Positions 36,907 through 49,384 of a stretch of DNA of 64,000 nt are shown here, one piece after another. The DNA is from Squalus acanthias (lineage: Eukaryota). How positions within the stretch are numbered: the first letter of the stretch is position 1; each line of letters opens with the position of its first letter. The stretch is from NCBI GenBank assembly GCA_030390025.1, contig CM059431.1, positions 117,616,001 through 117,680,000 of the forward strand, given 5' to 3'. The translations under genes and the position numbers were made by a program. A model generated the notes under the pieces. It did no database searches and was not told the origin of the DNA. It saw only the letters and a list, made by a program, of their open reading frames with translations.

Positions 36907-37667
36907 TGTAAGATTCTGAAAATTGTAATAAAACCGCTGCTACCGTGTGGAGATCGAAATTGCGAATGAAATGTAAGATGATAACGGACGGATTCAAAAT
37001 GTAGGTAATCAGCAGGTGTTCTTTGTTTGTGAAGAGACAAAATGGCAGAAGTCAGCAGGGGGTCCTTTGCCTAGTGGTCAGCATGGTCCTTTGTTTGCGA
37101 GGCCACATGGACAAGAAGGAAGAACATGATTGACAAGGAAGTCCCGCCCCCACACATCTCACAGGAACAAGAATGTGTCATGCGGAAGGAACTCCAATCA
37201 GGGAAGGTTTGGAGTAAAACTGACCTATCAGAGGGAGGCAGAGAGTAAGTTAACAGAAGTAACCCAGGGGCAGGAGATTCAAGATTCAGAAGGAACACCG
37301 AAGCAACCAAGAGGGATTCAGAAGAAGCCCAGAAGACAGAGCAGGAGGAAGAATGAGCTGAGAAAGCTGACCAGTCTATGCTTCGACTTAAAATTTCCAT
37401 GGACAGATCACCCAGAGATAAAGGAGTATGTATGAAAGTCGGACATAAGCTTAGATGGCATCAAGGGGGTATTTTTATGTACATTTGAATTAATAAGTTG
37501 CAGGCATATTTATTGCCGAGAGTTCTTTGAATTTATTGCCAAAGGTGCTTCTATGTACACTTGAATTTTGAACTATAGTGTGAATAAAGATCAATTCTAT
37601 TGATCACATCCTTGTCTGTCATTGTTAATTCTTGAGTTCCGAAATAGTAGTAAGAGAAAGATTTACA
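36907..37667 (+). mobile_element. Solo LTR (761 bp)
   Basis: TGTAA...TTACA, GAGT TSD and AATAAA at 37583; host exon rejoins (compare 25470-25500). Confidence 0.87.
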
Positions 37668-38681
37668 GAGTTCTGCTGCACAGGACTCAGATGAGGACCT
37701 CGATGGGGAGGCCTTTAGAAGAAGGGTGATGGGCATGCACATGGAGATGATAGGTGCAATGGCAAGGGTGCCCAAGAGCCTCTCAGCAATGGTAAGGAGT
37801 ATGGAGGAGTCCGCCTCCAACATTGCACAAGGCTGTGTGCACACCATTATTGCCAATCATTTCCAGTCTGCAGAGGATGGTAGACTCCCAGAGAGACCGC
37901 AGCGAGCCAGAGCTGATGCTGTGTGTGATGGCCAATCTGGCAGATTCCATTGCAGCACAGGCAGAAGCGCTGCAACGTCTTAGTGCTGTAATGCAGTCTA
38001 TGCTTGGTATCCAATCTCAGACTGCTCTCATGCAGTCTCAGCTTGATGCCATGCAAGTTCTGACTGTTGCCATCGTGGTTGGGCCTACCACCGTCGACTG
38101 GGGCTTTTACGATATCGCTGTAGGTCAGCAATCGGTGCTCCAACAGATTGCTAGGGGTGCTGAGGTGCTGTCCCAGGGGAGTGGCAGTGGGTTAGTGGAG
38201 CAGGAACCTGCTGTTCTCTCTCAGGATGACAGCATTCCTGCTCCCACCACTGCCTTTCCGCCATTGCCCTTGTCACTGCCTGTCATCCAGCCAGCCCAGA
38301 CTGCTGCTGCCCATGCTGAGGTGGTACAGTCTACAGCTGGGCCTTCCAGGTCCAGAGCTAGTTGAGGACATCCTGCAAAGCCATCTGAAGTCTCCCTCAA
38401 GGACACTCAGGAGCCTTCCACCAGCCGTGTTGCAGCCATTGGGCCAACACTTCATAGGAGCACTAGAGTAGGAAAAGGCACAGTAATGACAGGCACTAAG
38501 GGATTGCACAAGTGTGAATAGTTAATATTTTTGGTGTAAATATGTGTCCACTACATTTTGATAAATTTATTACTTCACTTACCATTCTTTTGTGGTGTCT
38601 CTCATTTCAGCTTTGCGCTGTGATACGGCCTGCGAGAGGGATGGAATGATGAGGATGTGGTGAGCAAAGGGGTTCTGGGGT

Positions 38682-38949
38682 TCAAGTCATCCTGCTGTGA
38701 GGCTGGAGATCTGTTTGGAGGAGGTGGCAGAGTTCTGTGACCAGTTCTTTGGTGAAGTGGAGCCATCTAATACACTGCTCCTCACTTAATTGAATGCAGG
38801 AGAAGTGCTCTCGGAATACCCTCAGAGGGTCAGGCCTCCTGGTGAGAGCCCTGATGTCCCTTCTCATCTCTCTGCGCACATGTTACCGTATTTCTCTCTC
38901 TCCACCATAGATCCTGGAGGGTGAGGTGGCATGCCAGTACAGCCCCCAT
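38682..38949 (-). pseudogene. 5' remnant of Harbinger transposase
   Basis: RVFREHFSCIQLSEEQCIRWLHFTKELVTELCHLLQTDLQP. Confidence 0.8.
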
Positions 38950-39409
38950 TAATGTCACCAAGTATAGCAGAAGTATAAATGTAGCTACTCTTTAGTTGCC
39001 AGAAGACACCTGATACAAAAGAACCTTGAATTTACTGAAAGGAACTGTTGCAGTGGGTGAAACTGACAAAAGACCACTGAAACTGCACTAACCTGACAGC
39101 TGCAAGTGATTACTGATGATCCCTTTAAATAATGTCCCTGGAGCCAGCTTCCTGGTGCTGCACACCAGCTCTCCCTGTTGGTGTTTACTCCAGGTGGTGG
39201 GGTAAGTGGCGAGAATCAATTTTCAAATCGGGCGGTCAGTGAGCATTGCACTTTCACTGACGTTACAATCTACCTAGTATTAACGGTCCTGGTGATACCT
39301 CTTTACGGGGGTGCCGGATTTGGTGTGCGGCACTGGAATCGCCTTGCCCCAGTGATATTGGTCTAGCACTCCAAACATGAGGCGCTAAGGGGACGAATTT
39401 GCCCCACAA

Positions 39410-40025
39410 ATTTTCCATATACTTCAAACAGTGGGTTAGTGAACAGTAGCTCCTTCGTACTTTTTGATATCACATCCACTGATGCACCAGTGTCAACTAT
39501 GATTTCTAGTGGATGTCCTTGAAGCAGTATTATCCATGTTGGATGGTTGGATGCATTATCCCACAGGCTCATTATGGGATACATTTGCTCGTGATATCTA
39601 ATAACTTGGTAAAAGTAGTACCAAGATTTCTTAATACCTGTCTTTGCAACTTTGCTGATATACACCCTTGTAGTAACTGAACTGTAAATTGCTTTATTCA
39701 AATTGGTGAAATCATACATTGCAACCAGTTTGCAAAGCCTTGCTCTATTCCCAGTTATGTTTTCCTCAGTATTAAGGCCCACCATCCTGAATTTAAGATT
39801 TCAAAGTTCAAACTTTTCTTGGGGGCGAAATATTTTGTAAATGCTGCTTTTGTTCACTACCTTCCATGTCTTGTGACAGATTAAAACTTTGATAACTTGT
39901 TCAGGGTCAAAATTAGGTAATGGAGCATATTTATTGGTGTCATCCTTGCCATGAATGGCTCTAGATAGGATTTCCATCATGGTCCAAGACTGTGTGATGA
40001 AGACAGGAAAGAAAGGCAGATCCAA
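39410..40025 (-). pseudogene. Gypsy-like gag/aspartyl protease remnant
   Basis: LQGHPLEIIVDTGASVDVIS carries the retropepsin DTG motif and is collinear with 33432-33719 across the Harbinger insertion. Confidence 0.65.
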
Positions 40026-40316
40026 AAAAAGGTATTGCTGCTTAGCAGATCATGATAATTTTCTCTTTGATGGTTTTGTTTTCCTATCTAATCTTGGTAC
40101 GTTCTCTGTAGTTACATTGCATCTATTTGCTGATGCATTGTCTGTATGTCAGAGGCATATGAATCAAGAAAATACACTGAGAACGCAGGTTGTGAATCTT
40201 TTACTCTCTGCTTTTTCTGCACTCATCTTACAAGTTTTTAAATCCTATTCTCTTTCGTATGTATCTGAAGACCACTCGATGTATCATTGTAACACAGTAC
40301 CATCCCAGAACGTTCT

Positions 40317-40400
40317 TAAAGTACTTAATTGGCTGTAAAGCACTTTGGGACATCCTGAGGTCATGAAAGACACTCTATAAATGCAAGTCTGTCTTTCTGT
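40317..40400 (+). mobile_element. 3' tail fragment of the Deu-SINE or its partner LINE
   Basis: Matches 41055-41138. Confidence 0.7.
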
Positions 40401-40667
40401 CTTGAAAGGCTGATACAAACTGTGGAATGGAAAGTACTTCAATTTGTTTCACAGGAGCTTTGGCCCAGTGACACAGTTGCAGTCTAGAAAAGGCATGGCC
40501 ATCAAACCACAATGTATATTGTATTAGTAAATAATTCTTGAACAAATACAGGAAAGGTCGTGTTGTTAATGGTGCAATAATTTATTTCGGCCCAGAATTT
40601 GCTGGAGCGGGACATCTCGCGGCGTGCCCCATTAGTTAAACATGTTCGTGCACGTTTAGGCTTTAAG

Positions 40668-41138
40668 TGTCAGCTGTGGCTCAGTTGGTAGCATACTCGC
40701 CTCTGAGTCAGAAGGTTGTGGGTTCAAGTTCCACTCCATGGGACTTGAGCACATAAAAATACTAGGCTGACACTCCAGTGCAGTGCTGAGGGAGTGCTGC
40801 ACTGCCGGAGGTGCCATCTTTCAGATGAGACGTTAAACCGAGGCCCCGTCTGCTCTCTCAGGTTGACATAAAAAAGATCCCATGGCACTATTTCGAAGAA
40901 GAGCAGGGGAGTTATCCCCGGTATCCTGGCCAATATTTATCCCTCAACCAACATAACAAAAACAGATTATCTGGCCATTATAACACTGCTGTTTGTGGGA
41001 GCTTGCTGTGCGCAAATTGGCTGCCACATTTCCCACATTACAAGTGACTCCACTTCGAAGAGTACTTCATTGGCTGTAAAGCGCTTTGAGACATCCGGTG
41101 GTCGTGAAAGGCGCTATATAAATGCAAGTCTTTCTTTC
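40668..41138 (+). mobile_element. tRNA-derived Deu-domain SINE (SacSINE1/AmnSINE-like)
   Basis: A box TGGCTCAGTTGG, B box GGTTCAAGTTCC, Deu core GAGGTGCCATCTTTCAGATGAGACGTTAAACCGAGGCCCCGTCTG and tail GGCGCTATATAAATGCAAGTCTTTCTTT. Confidence 0.88.
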
Positions 41139-41809
41139 ACTGCTGCTGCAGGGCGAGTACTAAAAGAGTTAAATCTCAAGAGATACACACCATGAAAAGT
41201 ATGTCCAGATGGAAGGAAAGCAACATGATAACAAATTTGGTGCATTAAAAGAAAGCTTTTTTCCCTTCAGTAAAATATTTTTCAGAAATATGAAAGAGAA
41301 ACTATGGGTGATTCAGCTGTGGAAACAAGCTGGGTGGTGTGCCAACTAGTTACCCAGTCATTGGAGACATTCACCGGGGACACATTTGTGAAGCAAAGCA
41401 TGATGGAAGTAGTCAAATCATAGACCTGGAAAAGAAACAAGCCTTTATGAATTCAAGATTGTCAAGAAATTTTGCAGCGGAACAAATGAATGAACTGTCT
41501 GATAATCTGCGTCAACATTTCACACATGAAATGCAGAGTAATAAATCATTTAGCCCAATAATCACCTTAATTTGCATTTTATAATTTTCCCATTTGTGTT
41601 TTTTGCCTTGGCTGTTGTGATGTACACACTGTGACCCCACCATCTAAAATTAATTAAACATTTTAGTATAAGACCCCTCACAGGGCACAACAAAAGTCTA
41701 CACATTTCTTCTGCTGGAGAGATGAGGGGAAACAGCTACAGTAATGACTATTTGATCTTGTGCTCTGATAATCTGTTACATATTTGAATAATTGACATAA
41801 GCAATTATA

Positions 41810-41890
41810 CCCACCACCTTCTCAAGGGCAACTAGGGATGGGCAATAAATGCTGGCCTTGCCAGCGATGCCCACATCCCATGAAAGAATT
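41810..41890 (+). mobile_element. 3' tail of the second LINE family
   Basis: Reverse complement of 46100-46180. Confidence 0.75.
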
Positions 41891-43236
41891 TTTTAAAAAG
41901 CCTGTGCACAGGATTTTCCTGATCAGTGAGGTGTGCCGCTATATTTTCTGTGTAGCGTGAAATTTTGTGCTAGAGTCTCAATTCCTCAGCTTAGCATCTT
42001 ACACATCTCCCAGACTTCAGAAGGTTGTTTACCTGCAATCTCAGTGATATATTCAGCTCTAGTGAATTATTTCATTTTCTTTTCCTAACGGTGGCAATCA
42101 TATTTACAGTTTGCTTTATGCATTGTGGCAAGCTTTTGTCTTGGAACACTGCAGTACTGACTGAGCAGCAGGAATTCGCCTTTTATTCTTAAGGAAGGGT
42201 GTGAGGAAAGATTTTTCCTTTCCCTTTTGCTGCACTAAAAGGTAACTTGTGCCAGCCAATCCCCATACTGAGGTCCTAGTTTTGTCAGGATCACGCGTGA
42301 GAGCCCAAGCAGAGGGACGTGTCATTCAAGAGGGAAGGAGCAGGATGAAAAATAAGAGTATTCCCCAGTATGGCTGTCATACACATTCTAACAGCCAGTT
42401 ACAGAAAAAATGGTAGAAGACTAAAAGCAGAGGTTTGTCAATCTTCTCAGATGATGAATAGGGAGACAGATCTTTTTAAGTTACTGCCGACGTACCCTAA
42501 AGGGCAACATTCAACATTTTGGGGGGGGATTTTTTTTTATAAACAAGAAAGAAATGGACCTCCACATTTCCTATGATCTATCACTCAGTCAGCCTTTTGA
42601 CTTCCAAAACCAAAGAATTCAGTAAGATATATAGGTTTCAAATAACCTTTTATATGGTATTCAACACCCACATTCTACAACAGTAAACAAAATTCTATTG
42701 CTTTGCTTTCTTGGAGCTAAGCTAAATTTCATTCATTCAGTAGTTAGACCTTCTACCAGTCGGTCAGAATGTTTAGTCATGTGAGGTTTCAGGACACAAA
42801 ATCAATGATAAGCCACTATATCAAAAGCAAACCACTAAATTGTATTGGGATTGGATAGCTCCAGGGAGCAAAGCGAATCTCCTATATTCCATAATAAAAT
42901 GAGTATATCGACTGATCGAGACTAGGAGGCCGTAGCATAAGGGTAACTGCATTAATAAGCTCCTCGGGCTCACAGAATTAACACTCCTTCTAAAATGACA
43001 AAAAAAAGGACCAGAAGGCTTCGCAGGAAATCAGACTAAGCCAATAGCCACAATGTATTCCATGGATGGAGACAGAACAAAATATGTATCTTAAGTATGA
43101 ATGAGGATGCCCAATAGGAACATTACTCTCGCTTGCATTACTTACAGAATCTGATCTTATCTCGTGGCTTTATGTTATGTCATATATAAGAGTGCAGATG
43201 TTAGGAATGCTTAGTTTATTAGATTGTTTGTATCAT

Positions 43237-44124
43237 GGGGGAGAAATTCGGTATTGCCCCGTTTGGGGCGCAATTATCGGCCGGGTGCAGAGTTTAGTGC
43301 CTGGCGCTAATTATCGCCTCTGAAAGCAAACTTGGCTTCTATCGCCCCTGGAGGTGATTGGAGCGCTAAATCAGGCACCACACACCTCTCTTAAGGCGCT
43401 AACGCCGAGGAGCGAGGTGCTACCTCAGAGTGTTGGCGAAGCTCATGTGATGTCAGTCAGCAATGGAACACAGACACACTGGCGCCGGCCAATTCTTAAA
43501 GGGGAGGGTTGATCTTGCTTTTCATCCACATCCTTCTCATTGCAGCCTTGAATCTCAGCCTGGAGAGACCTGTACATCAAATCTGCTGGAAAGAACAATG
43601 GAGAGGCCAAGGGAAAGAGCTCAGAGTGCAGCCCCCATACTCTCTTCTAAATCGATGCAAGGAAGGTCAAATCAAAATGAACCTGCAAAGTGTTGCTCAG
43701 TACCCAAAACTCCTTCACACAGCATTGAATCTCTCCAGAAGTCTCTCTCTCTCAGAATGTGTGGTGCAAAAATGTCGCCGACAAAAAAAGGCAGGAAGCA
43801 TCCGCCCTTAAATAGCGCTCCCCCAGTCCCTTCCCGACTGCAAAACGTTCCCCTCAACCTGTCATTGCTAGCGGCAGGTGGAAAGGCAGGGGGCACCACT
43901 CAATATCCGGTCCGGGGCGCTACCGGGGCGTTGCACGCTCAACTGACGTCATGATCTGTGGATGCAGGAGATCGTGGCGGTAGTGTTTAGCACCGCCGCA
44001 AAATGTCTGGTCAATTTCGCGAGCGGCGCAAACATCGCCGCACCCGTGCGCTAGTTGCTTTGCACCCCATTAATGCCCTCTTAGGGCGCTAATGGGAGGC
44101 GCAAAGCAACCGAATATTCCCCCC
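43237..44124. mobile_element. Harbinger family II MITE (~890 bp), inverted sister of 12705-15211
   Basis: TIR GGGGGAGAAATTCGGT / ACCGAATATTCCCCCC, flanks CAT/CAG, collinear with the 12705 element. Confidence 0.9.
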
Positions 44125-44841
44125 CAGTATCTAATATATATTGTTTGCATGCTTGTTTGATTTGTGTTGCACGATACACCTTTTTTCAAGAACATAGGAA
44201 CAGGATTTGGCTGTTCAGCTCCTCAAGCTTGTTCCACCATTCAGTTAGATCATGGATGAACGTGACCTCAATTCTGTTCACTCACCTTTGTTCCATATCC
44301 TTTGATATCCTTACGCAACAAAAATCTATCGATCTCTGTATTGAATATTTCAATTGACCTAGCATCCCCAACCTTTTGAAGGAGAGTGTTTCATATTTCC
44401 ATTACAAAATGCTTCCTGATTTCACTCCTGAATGGGCTAGCTCAAATTTTAAGATTATGCCCTCTTATTCTGGATTCTCCCACCAGCAAATTCTGAGCCA
44501 ATTATTGTTTTCCATACAGAATTGTGACTGCTATCCTTGTTGATAATGCAGCAACAACCTACATCTGAGAACCCAGACCCTAGAATAAGTATTACAATAA
44601 GGCACAGAAAAGTTTACATGATCATATGTGGTGTGCACAGTGGCAGAACCAAATGATGTTTGTATAAGTAGCTGTAAAAAACACACTGGAATATTTGTTA
44701 TAAGGACTGCTTGGTTTGTTGTTCAGGTAAACAGGCAATTTGCTGATGTTGAGGCTCAGGATTAGGATGTGATGGCTAGCTGTGAGGAGCAGGGATTTTA
44801 AATAGATGATAGATTGTTTGGTGAGAGCAGGCAGATCTTTG

Positions 44842-45840
44842 ATAAGAACATAAGAACATAAGAAATAAGAGCAGGAGTAGGCCATACCGCCCCTTGAGCC
44901 TGCTCCGCCATTCAATAAGATCATGGCTGATCATCGACCTCAACTCCATTTTCCCGCCCAAACTCCATATCCCTTGATTCCCCTAGAGTCCAAAAATCTA
45001 TCTATCTCAGCTTTGAATATACTCAAAGACTCAGCATTCACAGCCCTCTGGGGCAGAGAATTCCAAAGATTCACAACCCTCTGAGTGAAGAAATTTCTCC
45101 TCATCTCAGTCTTAAATGGCCTACCGCTTATCCTGAGACTATGCCCCCTAGTTCTAGACACTCCAGCCAGGGGAAACAATCTCTCAGCATCTACCCTGTC
45201 AATCCCCTTCAGAATTTTGTATGTTTCAATGAGATCACCTCTCATTATTCCAAACTCCAGAAAGTATAGGCCCATTTTACACAATCTCTCATCATAGGAA
45301 AGCCCTCTCATCCCAGGAATCAATCTAGTAAACCTTCATTGCACCGCCTCCAAGGCAAGTATATCCTTCCCTAGATAAGGAGACCAAAACTGTGCACAGT
45401 ACTCCAGGTGTGGTCTCACCAAGGCCCTGTATAATTGTAGCAAGACCTCCCTACTCTTATACTCCAACCCCCTTGCAATAAAGTCCAACATGCTATGTGC
45501 CTTCCTTATTGCTTGCTGTACTTGCATGCTAGCTTCCTGTGTTTCTTGCACGAGGACACCCAAATCTCTCTGAACACCAACATTTGAAAGTTTCTCACTA
45601 TTTAAGAAATATTCTGTTTTCTATTCTTCCTACCAAAGTGAATAACCTCACATTTCCCTACATTATACTCCATCTGCCACCTTACTGCCCACCTACTTAG
45701 TCTATCTATATCTCTTTGCAGACTCTTTGTGTTCTCCTCACAGTTTACTGGCCCACCTAACTTTGTATCATCAGCAAACTTGGATACATTACACTCGGTC
45801 CCTTCATCTAGGTCATTAATATAGATTGTAAATAGCTGAG
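44842..45840 (-). mobile_element. 5'-truncated CR1 LINE
   Basis: LFTIYINDLD...FADDTK...NLWNSLP and (TTCTTATG)n tail. Confidence 0.92.
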
Positions 45841-46094
45841 CTAATTGATGGGCTGAGACTTCCAATTAATAGAGCTCTAATCAACCGTTAAGATGTGCCA
45901 AATGAATCTGTCTCTCAGGTGTCTAGCAGCCATTGCCCTGGCAGCTACTTCCTATTCTTCATGGGTCAGGTTAACAGCATTAGCAGTGTCATCATCAGGC
46001 TCTCTGGCATTCTCCCCAAGATGTGCAGTAGATGGTGAGATAGTGGTGGAGTCCACTGCTATGCTGTGCATCAACATCTGAGAGGGTTTCAACT

Positions 46095-46545
46095 TTTTTT
46101 TTATTCATTCATGGGATGTGGGCGTCGCTGGCAAGGCCAGCATTTATTGCCCATCCCTAATTGCCCTTGAGAAGGTAATGGTGAGCCATCTTCTTGAACT
46201 GCTGCAGTCCGTGTGGTGAAGGTACTTCCACAGTGCTGTTAGGGAGTAAGTTCCAGGATTTTGATCCAGCGACGATGAAGGAACGGCGATATATTTCCAA
46301 GTCAGGATGATGTGTAACTTGGAGGGGAACTTGCAAGTGATGGTGTTCCCATGCATCTGCTGCTCTTGTCCTTCTAGGTGGTAGAGGTCGTGGGTTTGGG
46401 AGGTGCTGCCGAAGAAGCCTTGGCGAGTTGCTGCAGTGCATCTTGTAGATAGTACACACTGCAGCCACGGTGCGCCAGTGATGGAGGGAATGAATGTTTA
46501 AGGTGGTGGATAGGGTGCCAATCAAGCGGGCTAATTTGTCCTGGA
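46095..46545 (-). mobile_element. 3' end of a second CR1/L2-group LINE family
   Basis: ORF2 C-terminus ...RRSFIVAGSKSWNLLP...LQQFK, AATAAA and A-rich tail; other copies at 41810 and 61296-63372. Clade not resolved. Confidence 0.78.
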
Positions 46546-46805
46546 GGGTAGTTTGGAGAAAGTGACAGCTGCGGGTGTATCTGCAAAACCTCCCCGCCTA
46601 ACATGAGATATCCTGGCAAGTCAGTCAATTTTAATGTGGAGGCAGTGAAGTAAAGGACTGCAGCTCTTGGGCAATCATCCAGAAAGGTCATTATCAGCCA
46701 GATTGCAAGGTATAAAGGGTTTGCATCTTGGAGGGATTAAAGGGTATTTTGTTGACTCTCTTCTAGGGATCAAATTATCTTTCTGATTCAGTGAGGTCCA
46801 TTTTC

Positions 46806-47760
46806 TCACTGATCACTAGTAATCAGAATCCTGTTGCCAGGATATGGTGTATCCTGTAGAGGAGCTGGTGTGAGTGCCTCAGAGTTACATCTACCATCAG
46901 TCCTTTCCTGATTTACAAAGTTGTTAAGCACACAACATGCTGCCACAAGTCTAAAGATGGTGCTGGGTTCATACTGCCAGACAACCCTGGGCATATCCGG
47001 ATGGCAGAAGCTGCCTTTGAGCATCCCAAAATTTTGCTCACTTCTTATCCTTGTCTTCATATGTGCATCATTGTCGCACTCTTCTGCAGAAGTGGTGGTC
47101 CTACGAAGAGGCATCATGAGCTATACAAATGTTCCTTGTCCCTCAGCAATCATCCTGGCCCTTGCCTCTGCTGTTGAAATAGAGCTGAAACACTGGACGA
47201 GCAAATTATAAAAGCATCACAACAGCTCCCAGAACGAGCAAGAAGTTGTGCCTATGATCGCAAATGTGCTGCACATTTAGGGAATAGAAGTCTTTGTGGT
47301 TCAAATACATATGCGGGTTTACATTTGGGACACATAATCATGGGTACAATCAACAGCCCAGGTGACCCTCTCTGTCATCTGTGTGGGAGCACTGTCAAAT
47401 TATACATGTTCGGCTGCCCTGGCAAAGAGGATATTGGTGATTTACCTGAGAGAGGACTGACTGATCTGACAACAGGCCCCTATGGCTTCCTGGAATTAAC
47501 CTGCACCATTAATGTTAAGGTCTGAAGTCACTTTCTCTGCCACAGTGAGAACTGTCCTCACTGTGGACTTTGGTTGCATATCTGGCTGCAGCAGCATACA
47601 GTGCTCCTCCAAAACGTCATGACTGAAGCACAGCCTCCTGAGACAGAGCACCTGGGAAAGATCTCGAAAAGTGCACCGAGGTCTGTACAGCCCACTAGAT
47701 CGGTAGTTCTGGGATAGTCTGGCTCTCCTCTGGTGCTTCCTGATTAATCTGGCTTCCACA
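46806..47760 (-). pseudogene. Old Harbinger transposase remnant
   Basis: LCLRRLCFS, LTVAEKVTSDLN, EQNFGMLKGSF, ACCVLNNF. Confidence 0.75.
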
Positions 47761-48651
47761 GACTAATCAGGTAAAGTTACGGCAGCGGAGCAGGAGCAGC
47801 TCTGAGGAATTTATTTTGTGCCTTTTAGATCATTCTTGTCCTGTTCAAAAAGCTGCACTGGCATTTAGCCATATAATTTTGACATGAAAACAGCTGACCA
47901 CTTCAGGACTAAATTTCCTCGGGACTCAAACCCGGCGGCAATCCCATTAGTTACAATCCATCACACCCAGAGGTGCCCTCCAGTGCTGATCCTGTTGGAG
48001 TTTGCAGGATCAGTGCCAGGGAACTTAATTAGCATGGAACAAACAAGCACGTGTGCCACGTTAAGCAAATCTCTGGTGCTTACCTGCCGCATGCGCCCAG
48101 GAACTTCAGTCTCTGCCCACCATTAAGGGGGGTTTTGCTCAAGCACTCCCTTCCCTGGCCCTGGCCATGTTCCCTTCGGCCCCCTTGGTTATCGGGCTGA
48201 ACGGTTCTCATATTTAATTTTTTTTAATTGTTCTCTTCTGGGGTTCAGGCTGCTTGCCTGGCCGGGACTTGTGAAGGCCAGTATGCTTCACCTCACTCAG
48301 CGTACCCACCTCCAGTTACAGGTCAGGTCCCACCCAGCCTAAGAAATGGAAATTCCTGGTGTAGGGAGTTCTCAACCTTGGCCATCATTTGCCTTATGAG
48401 GGGCAGATGGAGGTTTCACCCATTACAAAGCAACCGGGAAACTCCCAGAAATAGTGCAACCACCCAGGAATTTTGTAGCCTATGAGCTTCCAAATCCAGC
48501 CACACCATACTTTGGTCAAGGCCCTTTCTCCTTTTCCACTTAGATACTTGTTAGCCTTGGAACCATAGGTGAGTTTAACCATCTCCTGCCTTAAGATAAT
48601 TTTGAATTCATGACTTGCATCTTGGATGTCTATCACTCATGAAATGTCATT

Positions 48652-49384
48652 GGGCCAAAAATTCGGCCCTTCCCGAGTGAGTACACAGTGCGTATTCACT
48701 CATAAGATGTCCCGAAGTGTCGGTTTCCTGCATGGTATGGTGAAGGGGGCGGTTCCTAGGTGAACCGCGTGCGCGGTAGAGGCTGCGCGCACGCAGCAAA
48801 CTTAGATTTTTTTTCAGGTTTCTACGCGAGGGTAAGTATTGAAGAAATTACGCTATTAAAAAGGAGGCGTAAGACCCGTTTTCAACAAGGTAAGTGGTTA
48901 ATTAAGTATAATTTAAATTTTTTTTCAACAGGTTTATCTTTTTTAGATATTTTAAAGAAAGGTAAGTTTATTTTTATCACTTTTAAAAAGTATTTTAATT
49001 TTTTCAAAAATTTAAATTTTTGTTTAAAGTGGTTAATTTATTTAACTATAGTTATTTTATAAATGTGATGGTTTTTAAAAAAAATATATTTTAAGTTTAG
49101 CTGTTCTTTTGGGGCCGATTTCAATTCACAGATTTGACAGGTCTCCTGTCAAATCTATGAATGAAAGATGGTCTGCTGCCATTGGCTCTCCATGGCCCAC
49201 GTGATCCCAGGGGACGCATTGCACTAACTGCGCCCCTGGGACACGCAAGCACTGCGCGCCGGCTCTTGGAGCAGGACCAGGAGCTGAAGTTCCCGTGGGC
49301 CCAAAACACAACGGCAGGCGCGGTAGGTAAGAGCGCGCGCGATCCTTACCTCCGCGGCAAGCCGGAGAGGCGAATTTCTGGGCC
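48652..49384. mobile_element. Harbinger-type MITE (733 bp)
   Basis: TIR GGGCCAAAAATTCG / CGAATTTCTGGGCC, ATT TSD, GC-rich ends and AT-rich core. Confidence 0.83.

Larger units (their letters stand above)
34136..38365 (+). pseudogene. Family II Myb/SANT-like gene, disrupted by insertions in intron 1 and exon 3
   Basis: MAGPCPRERAHGFSNEALEALV; exon 2 from 36334 (AKVVHNRREQERTG); exon 3 homologous to 25256-26200. Confidence 0.83.
33720..39407. mobile_element. Harbinger family II element (copy C) with nested Harbinger and solo LTR
   Basis: Ends GGGCTAGAAATTCGT / ACGAATTTGCCCCAC; Myb gene (+) and 5' transposase remnant (-). No clear TSD. Confidence 0.78.

Noticed and set aside
40668..40750. tRNA gene (also 60081-60150)
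   Set aside because: A/B boxes run directly into SINE cores and tails, with no acceptor stem; these are SINE heads.
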